A stretch of 64,000 bases of DNA, taken from Candidatus Heimdallarchaeota archaeon. GTDB taxonomy: Archaea; Asgardarchaeota; Heimdallarchaeia; Hodarchaeales; Hodarchaeaceae. Numbering within the stretch: the stretch's first letter is position 1; each line of letters begins with the position of its first letter. The notes under the pieces were generated by a model. That model was not told the DNA's origin. It saw only the letters and a list, made by a program, of their open reading frames with translations, and searched no databases. The stretch is taken from NCBI GenBank assembly GCA_020353515.1, contig CP070695.1:2937231-3001230 (forward strand), written 5' to 3'. The position numbers were made by a program, and so were the translations under genes. Shown here piece by piece: positions 21,139 to 31,095 of this stretch.

Positions 21139-23061
21139 CTACAATTCAATTGCTTTTGTTTCAATTAATTCTTTAGGAAAACGGAGCTCAAACACATTCC
21201 CTTTTGGATCAGACGACTTGATTTTGAGTACTCCACCATAATATTGCATTATAACTGAAACAAGAGCTATCCCAATATGGTGACCGATAACCTCCCAATC
21301 ATCAGTTATTTGTCCTGAAAGCTGTAATACTACGTCTTGAGTTAATGGTTCAGAGCAATAATCACTAATAAAAACGCTGTAAAAAGAAGGGAAATAAGAT
21401 CCTGTAATTTCGATGGGTGTTTCAGTAATTCTAGGAGCATAAGAGTACAAAATAAATTCCATTAATTCATAAAACACATCATTAAGATGAGTATCAGTAA
21501 AAATTCTGGTATCAAGATTCTTTTCGTTGACATTGATCAAGTGAGTATAATCTGAAAAATCAGAAATCACATCCTTAACGACACCAAGTAGATTTTTGCT
21601 ATCTTTTGGTACAAAAGGAGTCTGGAGAATCTCAAAAATATGATTTACCATGTCAATTGTCTTAGATGAGCCTGAAGCGATAGCAATGACATCGTTCACA
21701 ATATTACTATTTAATTCCAGATTTGATTCATACATTAACAAGACCAATTCAAGATTATTGATTATTTTCTGCATATCATTATTCACAAAATGAGACATCA
21801 TTGCATGGTATCGCTCTTCTTCAAGTTTTACTTGGCGTAATGCCTCTTCAACTTGTTTCCGCTGTGTAATATTACGAGCAATACCCAACATACCTTTGAT
21901 TTCACCCTCCTGTATTTGTGGTGATGCTTTAATCTCTACGGGAACATAATCACCAGTTTTCTTCAGAAGGCGTGCTTCAATTGCAGGAAATCGGGCACGA
22001 TTTAGGATGTTTTCAAAGCCTTCTAATATCAAGGGAAGGTCTTCTTCATGTATTAATGGTAGGAATGGTTTTCCAATCCACTCATCTGGGTGCCAACCTG
22101 TAATAAATTCCATTACAGGGTTAAGAGAGGTTATTTTCCCATCAAATGATATAGAGAATATAATATCCCGAGCATTCTGTATATAACTCCTATATCGCTC
22201 TTCTGACTCACGTAACTTCTGCTCTACGGCTTTACGATCTGAAATATCTGTAAAGACTGATAAAACACCACCAAATTCTCCTTCTTGAGAAAAAATAGGA
22301 GTAGCTGTTATAATTACTGGAATGTGTTGTCCATCTTTTGCTAATAAGCTGGCCTCATAATTCGTGCCGACCCCCTCAGGTCGTTTTGATGTTTCACTTA
22401 TAATCTTGTCAATGTACTCTTGTGGAACGATAAACTCCCAATGCTGACCCAATAACTCTTTTTCTGTATAACCTAGTAATTCAGCTGTTTTAGGATTGAC
22501 AAAAGAGATTTTTCCCTCTGCATCTTCTAAGAGAACTCCCTCTTCTAGTTTCTCGACAAGCATCTGATATTTTTCTTTAGATTTACCTAACTCCTTTTCA
22601 GCTTGTTTATGCTTAGTAACATCGCGTACAATTGCTAGATCAGCTAATCTCCCCTGATATGTGATAAGACCAGCATTTATTTCAACTTCTAACGTTTCAT
22701 TATTTTTTAACAATAATTTTGTTTCATAGATCGTGGGAACATCAATTCCGGAGATACGTTTTTTGTAGCGATCCATGACTTCAGAACGAGAATCAGGATG
22801 AATATAATCAATAAATGGAGAATTATAAAGGTCCTCAAAAGAATAACCAGTTATTTCAATTAAGCTAGAGTTGACATACTTTATCAGCGAATCTTGTAAT
22901 ATGGCAATACCATCGTTTGCTCTGTCAACCACATTACGATACTGTTCTTCTGATTCTCTTAATTTTCGTTCAATTTCTTTAAAATTAGCTAAACTTCGTT
23001 GAATTGCTTTTATCACGTCTTCAGGGATGTCCTCTCTATCCAACAGATCCTCAATTTCCAT
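21139..23061 (-). CDS. 3xPAS protein with degenerate histidine-kinase-like C-terminus
   Basis: Three PAS/PAC units; SHFVNNDMQ H-box-like motif; HHIGIALVSVIMQYYGG G2-like box; N and G1 boxes degenerate. Confidence 0.85.
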   Translation of the reverse strand: MEIEDLLDREDIPEDVIKAIQRSLANFKEIERKLRESEEQYRNVVDRANDGIAILQDSLIKYVNSSLIEITGYSFEDLYNSPFIDYIHPDSRSEVMDRYKKRISGIDVPTIYETKLLLKNNETLEVEINAGLITYQGRLADLAIVRDVTKHKQAEKELGKSKEKYQMLVEKLEEGVLLEDAEGKISFVNPKTAELLGYTEKELLGQHWEFIVPQEYIDKIISETSKRPEGVGTNYEASLLAKDGQHIPVIITATPIFSQEGEFGGVLSVFTDISDRKAVEQKLRESEERYRSYIQNARDIIFSISFDGKITSLNPVMEFITGWHPDEWIGKPFLPLIHEEDLPLILEGFENILNRARFPAIEARLLKKTGDYVPVEIKASPQIQEGEIKGMLGIARNITQRKQVEEALRQVKLEEERYHAMMSHFVNNDMQKIINNLELVLLMYESNLELNSNIVNDVIAIASGSSKTIDMVNHIFEILQTPFVPKDSKNLLGVVKDVISDFSDYTHLINVNEKNLDTRIFTDTHLNDVFYELMEFILYSYAPRITETPIEITGSYFPSFYSVFISDYCSEPLTQDVVLQLSGQITDDWEVIGHHIGIALVSVIMQYYGGVLKIKSSDPKGNVFELRFPKELIETKAIEL

Positions 23062-23293
23062 TAAAGTCCACTACCAATTGTAGGCTGTTTAAAAAGATTG
23101 TGACAATAATGCCTAATAAAGTGATTTAAATTGAAGTAAATTCCTTGAAAAATATGGTTATGTATAGATTATTCTTAGCTAATCACCTTTCCCCCCATTT
23201 TAGCCTCTAAATCATCAGAATCTCTCTTGGTAATATTTTTTTCTAATAAAAAAGGAATAAAATGCCTCAATATACGAACGCTAGCTATAAGAT

Positions 23294-26200
23294 CTATTCC
23301 ACTTGGATTTCGTTCGGAGCTTTGATTAAATCGAGAGGAAGAAGAAGTTGAAACTCATTTCCCTTAGGATCTAAAGATCGTATTTTAATTGATCCTCCAT
23401 AATGTTGCATAATAACAGAGGCAAGAGCAATTCCTATATTATGTCCAATTATTTCCCACTCGTCGGTAATTTTACCTGACAGTTTCGAAACTGTTTCTTC
23501 TGACAATGGTTCAGAACAACAATCGCTAATGAGAACGCAGAAAGATGAAGGGAGGAATGAACCTGTAACTTCAACGCTTGTTTCTTTACTAATACCTTTA
23601 GAGGTTAAAATGAATAAGAATAATTCTTTAAATACATCATTGAGCTTGTCATCACAACTAACTTGAATCTCAAGTGTTTCATTTTCGATGTTGATAGTCT
23701 GAGGATATTCTGATAATTCAGAGATATTTTTATTAATAATATCTAGAAGGGAAGAACTCTCTTCAGGTCGAAAAAAGGGTGACTGAAGAACCCCAAAAAT
23801 TTTATTTACTCTATCAATGGTTTTAGATGAACCAGAAGCGATATTTATGGCATCATTCACGATATTATCATCTAATTCAAGCTTAGATTCATACATCAAT
23901 GTCAGTAACTCTAAATTATTGATGATTTTTTGCATATCATTATTTATGAAATGACTAAGCATTGCATGATAGCGTTCTTCTTCAAGCTTCACTTGTAGGA
24001 GTGCCTTTTCTGCTCTTTTACGTTCAGTAATATCACGTACAATACCTTGAATAACGGGTTTCCCGCTAATTTCGAAGAGGCTTGAAGAAACTTCTGCGGG
24101 AAATACCTCCCCAGTCTTTTTCTTGAATTCAATCTCAAAATTTACATAACCTTCTTTTGAGACGGTTTCAAAGGCTTCCTTTGATGTTGTAAGCATACCA
24201 AAGGGATGGAGCTCTGATATGTTGATTAAAAGAATCTCTGGTTTTGAATATCCAAAAAGTTCTAACGTTTTCTTATTGACATCAATGATATTACCTTCTA
24301 AATCATGTAAGAAGATCGAATCATTAGAATAATGGAAAAGATCACTATACTTCTCCTCGCTTTGCTGTAATTCTCTTTCAACACGCTTCTGTTCTGTTAT
24401 ATCGGTAGATAATACAAGAACTCCTTGAAATTCGCCAGTTATTGAAAAAATTGGTGCAGCAGAAACAATTACAGGAATAATTGTTCCATCTTTAGCTATT
24501 ACATTACTTTCATAGGTGCCGCTAACACCTTTAGGACGTTTTGCAGTTTCAAAACGGGATGCTTCAAGATCATTTTCAGGAACTATAAAACTCCAGTGTT
24601 TGCCAATAAGCTCTTCTTCAGTATAACCTAATGTTTCCAGTGTTTTAGGATTAACAAAAGTAATAAATCCATCTGGATCTTCTACAGTAAGTCCCTCTTC
24701 TAATTTTTCAATAAGCTTTTGATATTTCTCTCTTTCCTCACCTAAGGCTTTCTCCATCTCGATTCTTTCAGTAACATCACGAACAATTCCACGAAATCCG
24801 ATAATTTTTCCAGCAGGATTCCGTATCGGGGACACAGAGGACTCACTAATTCCTTTAACTCCATTTTTTCTTATAAATCCGAAATCAAGAACTTTAGTGG
24901 GCTCTCCTGTTCGATAAACAGTATTATACGTTCGATAGACCTTTTTAGCTGTCTCCTCATCCATATAGTTACGGTAGTTCATTCCTAACAATTCAGTACG
25001 GGAGTAACCTAAGATATTGCAAATTGAGTCGTTAAAGAACGTGAAATTCCCAGCAATATCTACTTCATAATACCCTTCCTCAATCGTTTCTAAGATAGTT
25101 CGGTATTTCTCTGCACTCTCTTCGAGTTGTTTCTCGTACAGCTTTCGTTCAGTGATATCTGTAAAAACAGTTAAAACACCATCGAACTTCCCAGTGACAG
25201 AATAGATAGGAGCAGCTGTTATAATGACAGGGATTTCATGACCATCTTTTGCTCGAAGACCTGCTTCATAAGTACTACTGATCCCTTTTGGACGTTTAGC
25301 AGTCTCTTCCTTGATTTTATTGCCATATTCTTCTGGCACAATGTAACTCCAATGCTTCCCTAATAATTCTTCTTCAGTGTAACCTATCAATTCTGCTGTT
25401 CTTGGGTTTAGAAAAGAAATTTTGCCTTCCACATCTTCTAGGAGAACTCCTTCCTGTAATTTTTCTACAAGCATTTTGTATTTTTCTTTTGATTCTCTTA
25501 AAGCTAGTTCTGCTTGTTTACGTTCAGTAATGTCAATTAAAGTGACTAAGTTAGCAGTTTCACCCATGTAAATGATGGATTTAGAGTAGTTATCAACCCA
25601 TTTTACCTTATTAGATTTAGTAATTAATCTATAAGAATAGTTTGTTACAATATCTTTATCTCCTAATTGCTTTTTCCGTCCCTGTTCCATTACAAACATC
25701 TTATCTTCAGGGTATATAACCTTAGCAGACTCTCCTGGTTCCCAATTAAGTATTTCTTCAATTGAATATTCAAAAATATCCGCTAATGCTTGGTTAGCAT
25801 ATTTTAATACATCATCCTGAAGAATTCCTATTCCAATCAAAGTGCGTTCTGAAATGACCCTAAACTTCTGTTCACTCTCTTTCAGGGCCTCCTCTACCAT
25901 TTTACGATCGGTTATGTCAATCATAGAAGCAAAAAAGCTATGAGGTTCACCAGATTCAGATTTAATCAAGCTAATGGATATTTCAATCGGAAAAAGTGTC
26001 CCATCTCTCTTTTTGGCAAGTAAGTCACCCATCCAACTACCTTCTCTAAGTAAAATTTCCCTTGTATCAAAGAAAATCTCAGACTTGGAAGTAAAATCAG
26101 TCATCGGTTTTCCAAGGACTTCCGATTTATCTTCGAACCCATACATGTCTAAGAAAGAAGAATTGACATAAGTCAATCTTCCATCCAAGTCAGAAATATT

Positions 26201-27853
26201 GATAGCACTAATAGATGAATCGATCGCATTACTTTTTGCTCTAATTTCCATGTCAGCTATCTTACGCTCTGTTATGTCTCTTACAATGCTGATAAAAGCA
26301 AATGGATCTCCATTTACATCAGTTATCATCGCTGCGCTCAATTCTGCTGGATAAAAAGTTCCATCTAATCTCATTAATCTATATTCAATGTTTGATACCG
26401 TTTCTCCCTGTAAAGTTTTTTGAGCGTAAGCAATAGCAATTTCCTGGTCTTCAGGTGCAATTAAATCAACAGCATTTTTTCCAATTAGTTCTTCAGCAAT
26501 ATTTGCACCACTTACCTTAATTGCTTGCTTGTTGACTGCTATTATATTGAAATTAAGATCAGTTAGAGTTATAGCATCAGGAGAAAGTTCAATTAACCTC
26601 CGATAACGCTCCTCACTTTCCCTTAAAGCTTGTTCGGCTTGGATTCGCTCAGTAATATCGCGTACAATACCTCTAAATCCAAGAATCTTACCACTGGAAT
26701 CAACTAGTAGAGATACAGATGCTTCGATATTCCTTTTTTTTCCATCTTTTCTGATAATCTCCCAATTAAATCCTCTTTTGGGCTCTTGTGAATTATAAAC
26801 TGCATTAAAAGTCTTGAATACAACCGTAGCGGTTTGTTCGTCACAGAATCGCTTATAACTCGAATTCATAATTTCTTGTCGCGCATATCCGAAAATTGTA
26901 CATAGTGAATCATTGAAGAAAATAAATTCTCCTGCTAAATTTACTTCGTAATAACCGTCTTCTATGTTTTCAAGAATAGTCCTGTATTTTTCTTCACTTT
27001 CCCTTAATACTTGTTCCACTTGTTTCCGTTCACTAATGTCACGGATGATCGCGAGATCAGCTGGCTTACCCTGATAATTGATTATACCAGCATTTACCTC
27101 AATCTCCAATAATCTGTCATTTTTTAGTACTAATTTTGTTTCATATATCGGGGAGACACTCTCACCAGCCATACGTCCCTCATAACGATTGATAACTTCA
27201 TGAACTAAGTCCGGATGAATATAATTCATAATAGGAGTATTATAGAGTTCTTCTGCTGTATAACCAGTTATTCGGGCTAAACTAGGGTTAATATACTTTA
27301 TTAATGAATCCTGAACTATCGCTATGCCATCATTTGCTCGTTCAACTAAATTACGATATTTTTCTTCGGATTCCTGTAATTTTATCATTGCTTTTTTCGA
27401 TTCGGTAACATTTTTTATAACAGTTACAACACGGGAGACAGTCCCCTCAACAATAATCGGGATCTTCCGTGTTTCAATAATGAATTCATCATCCCTAATC
27501 TTAGTGTGTTCTTCAGTAATCAAAGGTTTTCCAGTACTAAATACTTGGTTATATTCATCAATAATCCTATCTGAGAGGAAGGGAAATACTTCGGTAATTT
27601 TTTGACCAATTACATCTTCTTTAAGGCCTAGTTCTTTGTTCCATTGCTTAAATGTAGAGTTGAATAGGATGAATCGTAAATCAGAACCAACAACATGGAT
27701 GGCATCACCCATTGAATCAAGTGTCTGACGTAAATGCAGTCCTATTTCCTCTTGAGATGTCTTTATCTCCTTTTGTTCAGCTAAATATCTCTTTATCACT
27801 TCTTTTACATCTGTAGGAACATCTGGCCTATCAAGTAAGGTTTCTAATTCCAT
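23294..27853 (-). CDS. 10xPAS protein with degenerate histidine-kinase-like C-terminus
   Basis: Ten PAS/PAC repeats (D/E-G...N, DITERK linkers); the C-terminus is paralogous to 21139..23061. Confidence 0.88.
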   Translation of the reverse strand: MELETLLDRPDVPTDVKEVIKRYLAEQKEIKTSQEEIGLHLRQTLDSMGDAIHVVGSDLRFILFNSTFKQWNKELGLKEDVIGQKITEVFPFLSDRIIDEYNQVFSTGKPLITEEHTKIRDDEFIIETRKIPIIVEGTVSRVVTVIKNVTESKKAMIKLQESEEKYRNLVERANDGIAIVQDSLIKYINPSLARITGYTAEELYNTPIMNYIHPDLVHEVINRYEGRMAGESVSPIYETKLVLKNDRLLEIEVNAGIINYQGKPADLAIIRDISERKQVEQVLRESEEKYRTILENIEDGYYEVNLAGEFIFFNDSLCTIFGYARQEIMNSSYKRFCDEQTATVVFKTFNAVYNSQEPKRGFNWEIIRKDGKKRNIEASVSLLVDSSGKILGFRGIVRDITERIQAEQALRESEERYRRLIELSPDAITLTDLNFNIIAVNKQAIKVSGANIAEELIGKNAVDLIAPEDQEIAIAYAQKTLQGETVSNIEYRLMRLDGTFYPAELSAAMITDVNGDPFAFISIVRDITERKIADMEIRAKSNAIDSSISAINISDLDGRLTYVNSSFLDMYGFEDKSEVLGKPMTDFTSKSEIFFDTREILLREGSWMGDLLAKKRDGTLFPIEISISLIKSESGEPHSFFASMIDITDRKMVEEALKESEQKFRVISERTLIGIGILQDDVLKYANQALADIFEYSIEEILNWEPGESAKVIYPEDKMFVMEQGRKKQLGDKDIVTNYSYRLITKSNKVKWVDNYSKSIIYMGETANLVTLIDITERKQAELALRESKEKYKMLVEKLQEGVLLEDVEGKISFLNPRTAELIGYTEEELLGKHWSYIVPEEYGNKIKEETAKRPKGISSTYEAGLRAKDGHEIPVIITAAPIYSVTGKFDGVLTVFTDITERKLYEKQLEESAEKYRTILETIEEGYYEVDIAGNFTFFNDSICNILGYSRTELLGMNYRNYMDEETAKKVYRTYNTVYRTGEPTKVLDFGFIRKNGVKGISESSVSPIRNPAGKIIGFRGIVRDVTERIEMEKALGEEREKYQKLIEKLEEGLTVEDPDGFITFVNPKTLETLGYTEEELIGKHWSFIVPENDLEASRFETAKRPKGVSGTYESNVIAKDGTIIPVIVSAAPIFSITGEFQGVLVLSTDITEQKRVERELQQSEEKYSDLFHYSNDSIFLHDLEGNIIDVNKKTLELFGYSKPEILLINISELHPFGMLTTSKEAFETVSKEGYVNFEIEFKKKTGEVFPAEVSSSLFEISGKPVIQGIVRDITERKRAEKALLQVKLEEERYHAMLSHFINNDMQKIINNLELLTLMYESKLELDDNIVNDAINIASGSSKTIDRVNKIFGVLQSPFFRPEESSSLLDIINKNISELSEYPQTINIENETLEIQVSCDDKLNDVFKELFLFILTSKGISKETSVEVTGSFLPSSFCVLISDCCSEPLSEETVSKLSGKITDEWEIIGHNIGIALASVIMQHYGGSIKIRSLDPKGNEFQLLLPLDLIKAPNEIQVE

Positions 27854-28102
27854 TTCAATTCACTGAAAGTGGAGTTTTTCCACATTTAGTATTTATTATT
27901 AGATGTTTATTATATGGTTTTTCAATCAGAAATGTTCTTTGAGTTCAAGCTAATATTAGAGGAGCAGCTTAAATTGCTTCCGTTGCTTTCAGATAAGGAC
28001 AATCCAAACTGTATATATTACTTACTAATTTTCAATACTTATCTGAATCTTATCAAACGTAAAACAGAGTTTTCAAGAAATTATTAATGATAAATTTAAT
28101 CC

Positions 28103-28810
28103 TTACTTGAGATATAAAATATCTAGTAAGGATAGAATAGCTTCATTAACCATTACAGCTGCAAAACCAAGTAAAATAATAGCTGTTCCTCTTTGTACCC
28201 AAACAAACAGCTTTGGATTAGGTAACCTCCCTATCACCGCTAGTAACGTTGTAAAAAACACCTGCCATATTAATACTCCTGATAAAAACATCATAACAAT
28301 TCCTAATCGAAAGAGGGGATTAGGTACGTTAAGATCGCTAAATAAGATTAAAGTTCCCATAGATACCCACCAAAGATACGACCATGGGGAGGTGACGACT
28401 ATTGAAAACCCAGTTATATATTGTTTAACCAACCGTGAATAGTCTGAACGTAAGGTTTCATTTTGATCATTCAGGCGATCCTCAAGAGAAATTTGTTTAG
28501 CAATTAGTGCTGAAATCCCTAAAAAACCCAGGATTATTATGTTCACAGTAAATAGTAAAAATTTGATAATTGGATTTAAAAAGACATCTGTTAATATTTC
28601 TCCGCCTATTGTTAATGCTGAAAAGGCAACAACGAAATCTCCCGTCATTGCACCTATTCCTGTAATTATAGCTGACCCCCAAGCAAGTTTCTCACTGACA
28701 GCTTTATCTAACGCTTGTTTAATCACTTCCGCATTTATTGGTCCAAGGGGAGCTGCTAGTGTAAATCCTAAAAACGCAACAAAGATCCATATGTTTATTA
28801 CATCATCCAA
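28103..28810 (-). CDS. LysE/RhtB family exporter
   Basis: LAAPLGPIN, GAMTGD and TSPWSYLWW motifs; about six TM segments. Confidence 0.85.
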   Translation of the reverse strand: MDDVINIWIFVAFLGFTLAAPLGPINAEVIKQALDKAVSEKLAWGSAIITGIGAMTGDFVVAFSALTIGGEILTDVFLNPIIKFLLFTVNIIILGFLGISALIAKQISLEDRLNDQNETLRSDYSRLVKQYITGFSIVVTSPWSYLWWVSMGTLILFSDLNVPNPLFRLGIVMMFLSGVLIWQVFFTTLLAVIGRLPNPKLFVWVQRGTAIILLGFAAVMVNEAILSLLDILYLK

Positions 28811-29009
28811 TTCAGAATTTACCTCTTGTTTGTTTTAGATAGAGAATAAAAACATTTGTACTTTTATTTTTCCCGATTTAAGCGCTGATTTCTATTACAT
28901 TAACGAGCTTTGTGATTTGAACATTACCAGAGAAAATAAGAATTGAATAATTTGAATGCTTCCTTGTTATTCGTACTATATCTAGTAACGAATAGCAGGT
29001 GTTATATGA

Positions 29010-30380
29010 ATGTCGGATGGCCCAAACATTGTTATTATAGGGGCAGGTAGTGCCAGTTTTGGTTTAGAAAACTTGGGAGGAATTATGCAGCATGAAGCCT
29101 TGAAAGGATCCACTTTAGCTCTTGTTGACATAAATGAAGGGAATTTAGAACTAGTTACTGCTTTAGCACATTGTATGAATGAAGAATGGAATTCAAATAT
29201 GCTTATCTCTTCAACCACTGATCGAAAGAAAGTTCTACCTGACGCTGATTTTGTTATCCTTTCAGTCGCAGTGGATAGGGAAAAAACTTGGATAAAAGAT
29301 CATGAAATTGGATTAAAACATGGGATCTGGCATTATGCTGAAAATGGTGGACCAGGAAGTTTTAGTCACACCGCACGAGGGCTAGCTTTTATTATGCCAA
29401 TTCTATATGACATTCATGATTTAGCACCGGACTCATGGTTAATTAACTTCACAAATCCAGTCCCACGGATTCAATATGCTGCGAATTATGCCAATCTCAA
29501 ATGTGTTAGCTATTGTCATCAACTCTGGCATGGGTATTCTATTGTCGGCCGGATATTAGCTGGAGATCTGGGAATTACTGAACATCTTGATTGGATATAT
29601 GAGTGGACTGATGAAAGTTCTGAAAAACAAGGATTATTCACTGTTAAAGCAGTTTTGGAGTATGAAATTCTTGCAGCAGGATTAAATCATTTTTCTTGGA
29701 TGACTGATATTAGACGCAAGGACACTGGGGAAGATCTATATCCTTTAATTAAGAATGAAGTTCTTAAACTTCCTTCCAACTTCGAACCTCTCACTCAAGA
29801 TGTTTTTAAAACGTTTGGTCTTCTTCCTATTCCTGGAGATTGTCATTTATGCGAATATCTTCCCTTTACTTATACACAAGAAAATTGGTCGCATTATAAT
29901 ATTGCCCTTTACGATTTCAAACGAGCTGAAATAAAAAGAGATCAAATGTGGAAACAAATTCGAGAAATGGCAAGTGGAAAAAGATCTCTTGCTTATTTAA
30001 TATCAAATCCGTTCGATCGGGGTGAAGAGATCATAACAGGGATATATTCTAATGCGAACTCATATGAACCAGCCCTGAATATTACTAATAATGGTACTAT
30101 TGATAATTTACCTAATGATGCAGTTGTTGAAGTACCTGTTATCCTTAATAGAAAAGATGTCTCAGGTTTGCGAATGGGACCATTACCAGAAGGAATAGCT
30201 GCATTATGTCAACAGGAAATATCAATTGCCAAACTAATAACGAAAGCCTCTATAGAAGGAGACCGAGAAGCTGCTCTTCAAGCATTTGTTTTGATGGTCG
30301 ATGATTTCAGATTGGCTGAAAATTTGCTTGAAGATTACATCCAAACCCATAAGAAATATCTCCCTCAATTTTATACTTAA
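29010..30380 (+). CDS. Glycoside hydrolase family 4 (NAD+/Mn-dependent alpha-galactosidase/glucosidase-like)
   Basis: IIGAGSASF, NFTNP, YCH, AGLNHFSW and NNGTIDNLPNDAVVEVP. Confidence 0.9.
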   Translation: MSDGPNIVIIGAGSASFGLENLGGIMQHEALKGSTLALVDINEGNLELVTALAHCMNEEWNSNMLISSTTDRKKVLPDADFVILSVAVDREKTWIKDHEIGLKHGIWHYAENGGPGSFSHTARGLAFIMPILYDIHDLAPDSWLINFTNPVPRIQYAANYANLKCVSYCHQLWHGYSIVGRILAGDLGITEHLDWIYEWTDESSEKQGLFTVKAVLEYEILAAGLNHFSWMTDIRRKDTGEDLYPLIKNEVLKLPSNFEPLTQDVFKTFGLLPIPGDCHLCEYLPFTYTQENWSHYNIALYDFKRAEIKRDQMWKQIREMASGKRSLAYLISNPFDRGEEIITGIYSNANSYEPALNITNNGTIDNLPNDAVVEVPVILNRKDVSGLRMGPLPEGIAALCQQEISIAKLITKASIEGDREAALQAFVLMVDDFRLAENLLEDYIQTHKKYLPQFYT

Positions 30381-30439
30381 GGTTCAGCAATGCTTTTTAC
30401 TTCTGTTCATTGAATCACATTACGATTTGGAGCTATTAC

Positions 30440-31093
30440 ATGAATAAAGAATTAAAATTACTAATTTTCGATTTAGATGATACCTTACTTCATTCAAATA
30501 TTAAATATTCGAAGATTCGACTCCAAATTGCGAACCTTTTTCCAAATCACCTTTCAAAGGAAATCATATCTAAAACACCAATTCTCGAATTATTAAAGAA
30601 ATTAGAGCATTTAAACTCTGATAAATTTGCTGAAGGTTATCGGATAGTTGATGAAGCTGAAAAAGAAGCAACTCAAACTGCAACTGTAATATCAGGAGCT
30701 GAAAAGATCCCTGAAATGCTAAAGAAATACGCCCTAGATTCAGTAATATATACAAATAACTCTAAACGAACCATTGAACTCTATTTAGCTAATCCGACTT
30801 TCAAATTCCTTAAGAAATTTTATATTTTAACTAGAGACGATGTTAACCATCCCAAACCTGATCCTGAGGGACTATTATCCATAATAAAAGAATTTCGGGA
30901 TAAACAGATCACAGAAGATAATACAATATACATAGGTGATTCATATATTGATGCAATAGCCGCAGACAAAGCAAATATCAGATTTATTTGGTTCAATTCA
31001 CGAAAAATAGATCAAACCCTATTTCCAAGTTCTCCGTATGCCATTTTAACTGAGTGGTCTGATTTTGAGGCAATTCTAAAAGGTCTGTGTTAA
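30440..31093 (+). CDS. HAD-superfamily phosphatase
   Basis: IFDLDDTL, YTNN, KPDPEG and IGDSYID; ATG start at 30440. Confidence 0.88.
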   Translation: MNKELKLLIFDLDDTLLHSNIKYSKIRLQIANLFPNHLSKEIISKTPILELLKKLEHLNSDKFAEGYRIVDEAEKEATQTATVISGAEKIPEMLKKYALDSVIYTNNSKRTIELYLANPTFKFLKKFYILTRDDVNHPKPDPEGLLSIIKEFRDKQITEDNTIYIGDSYIDAIAADKANIRFIWFNSRKIDQTLFPSSPYAILTEWSDFEAILKGLC

Positions 31094-31095
31094 CA

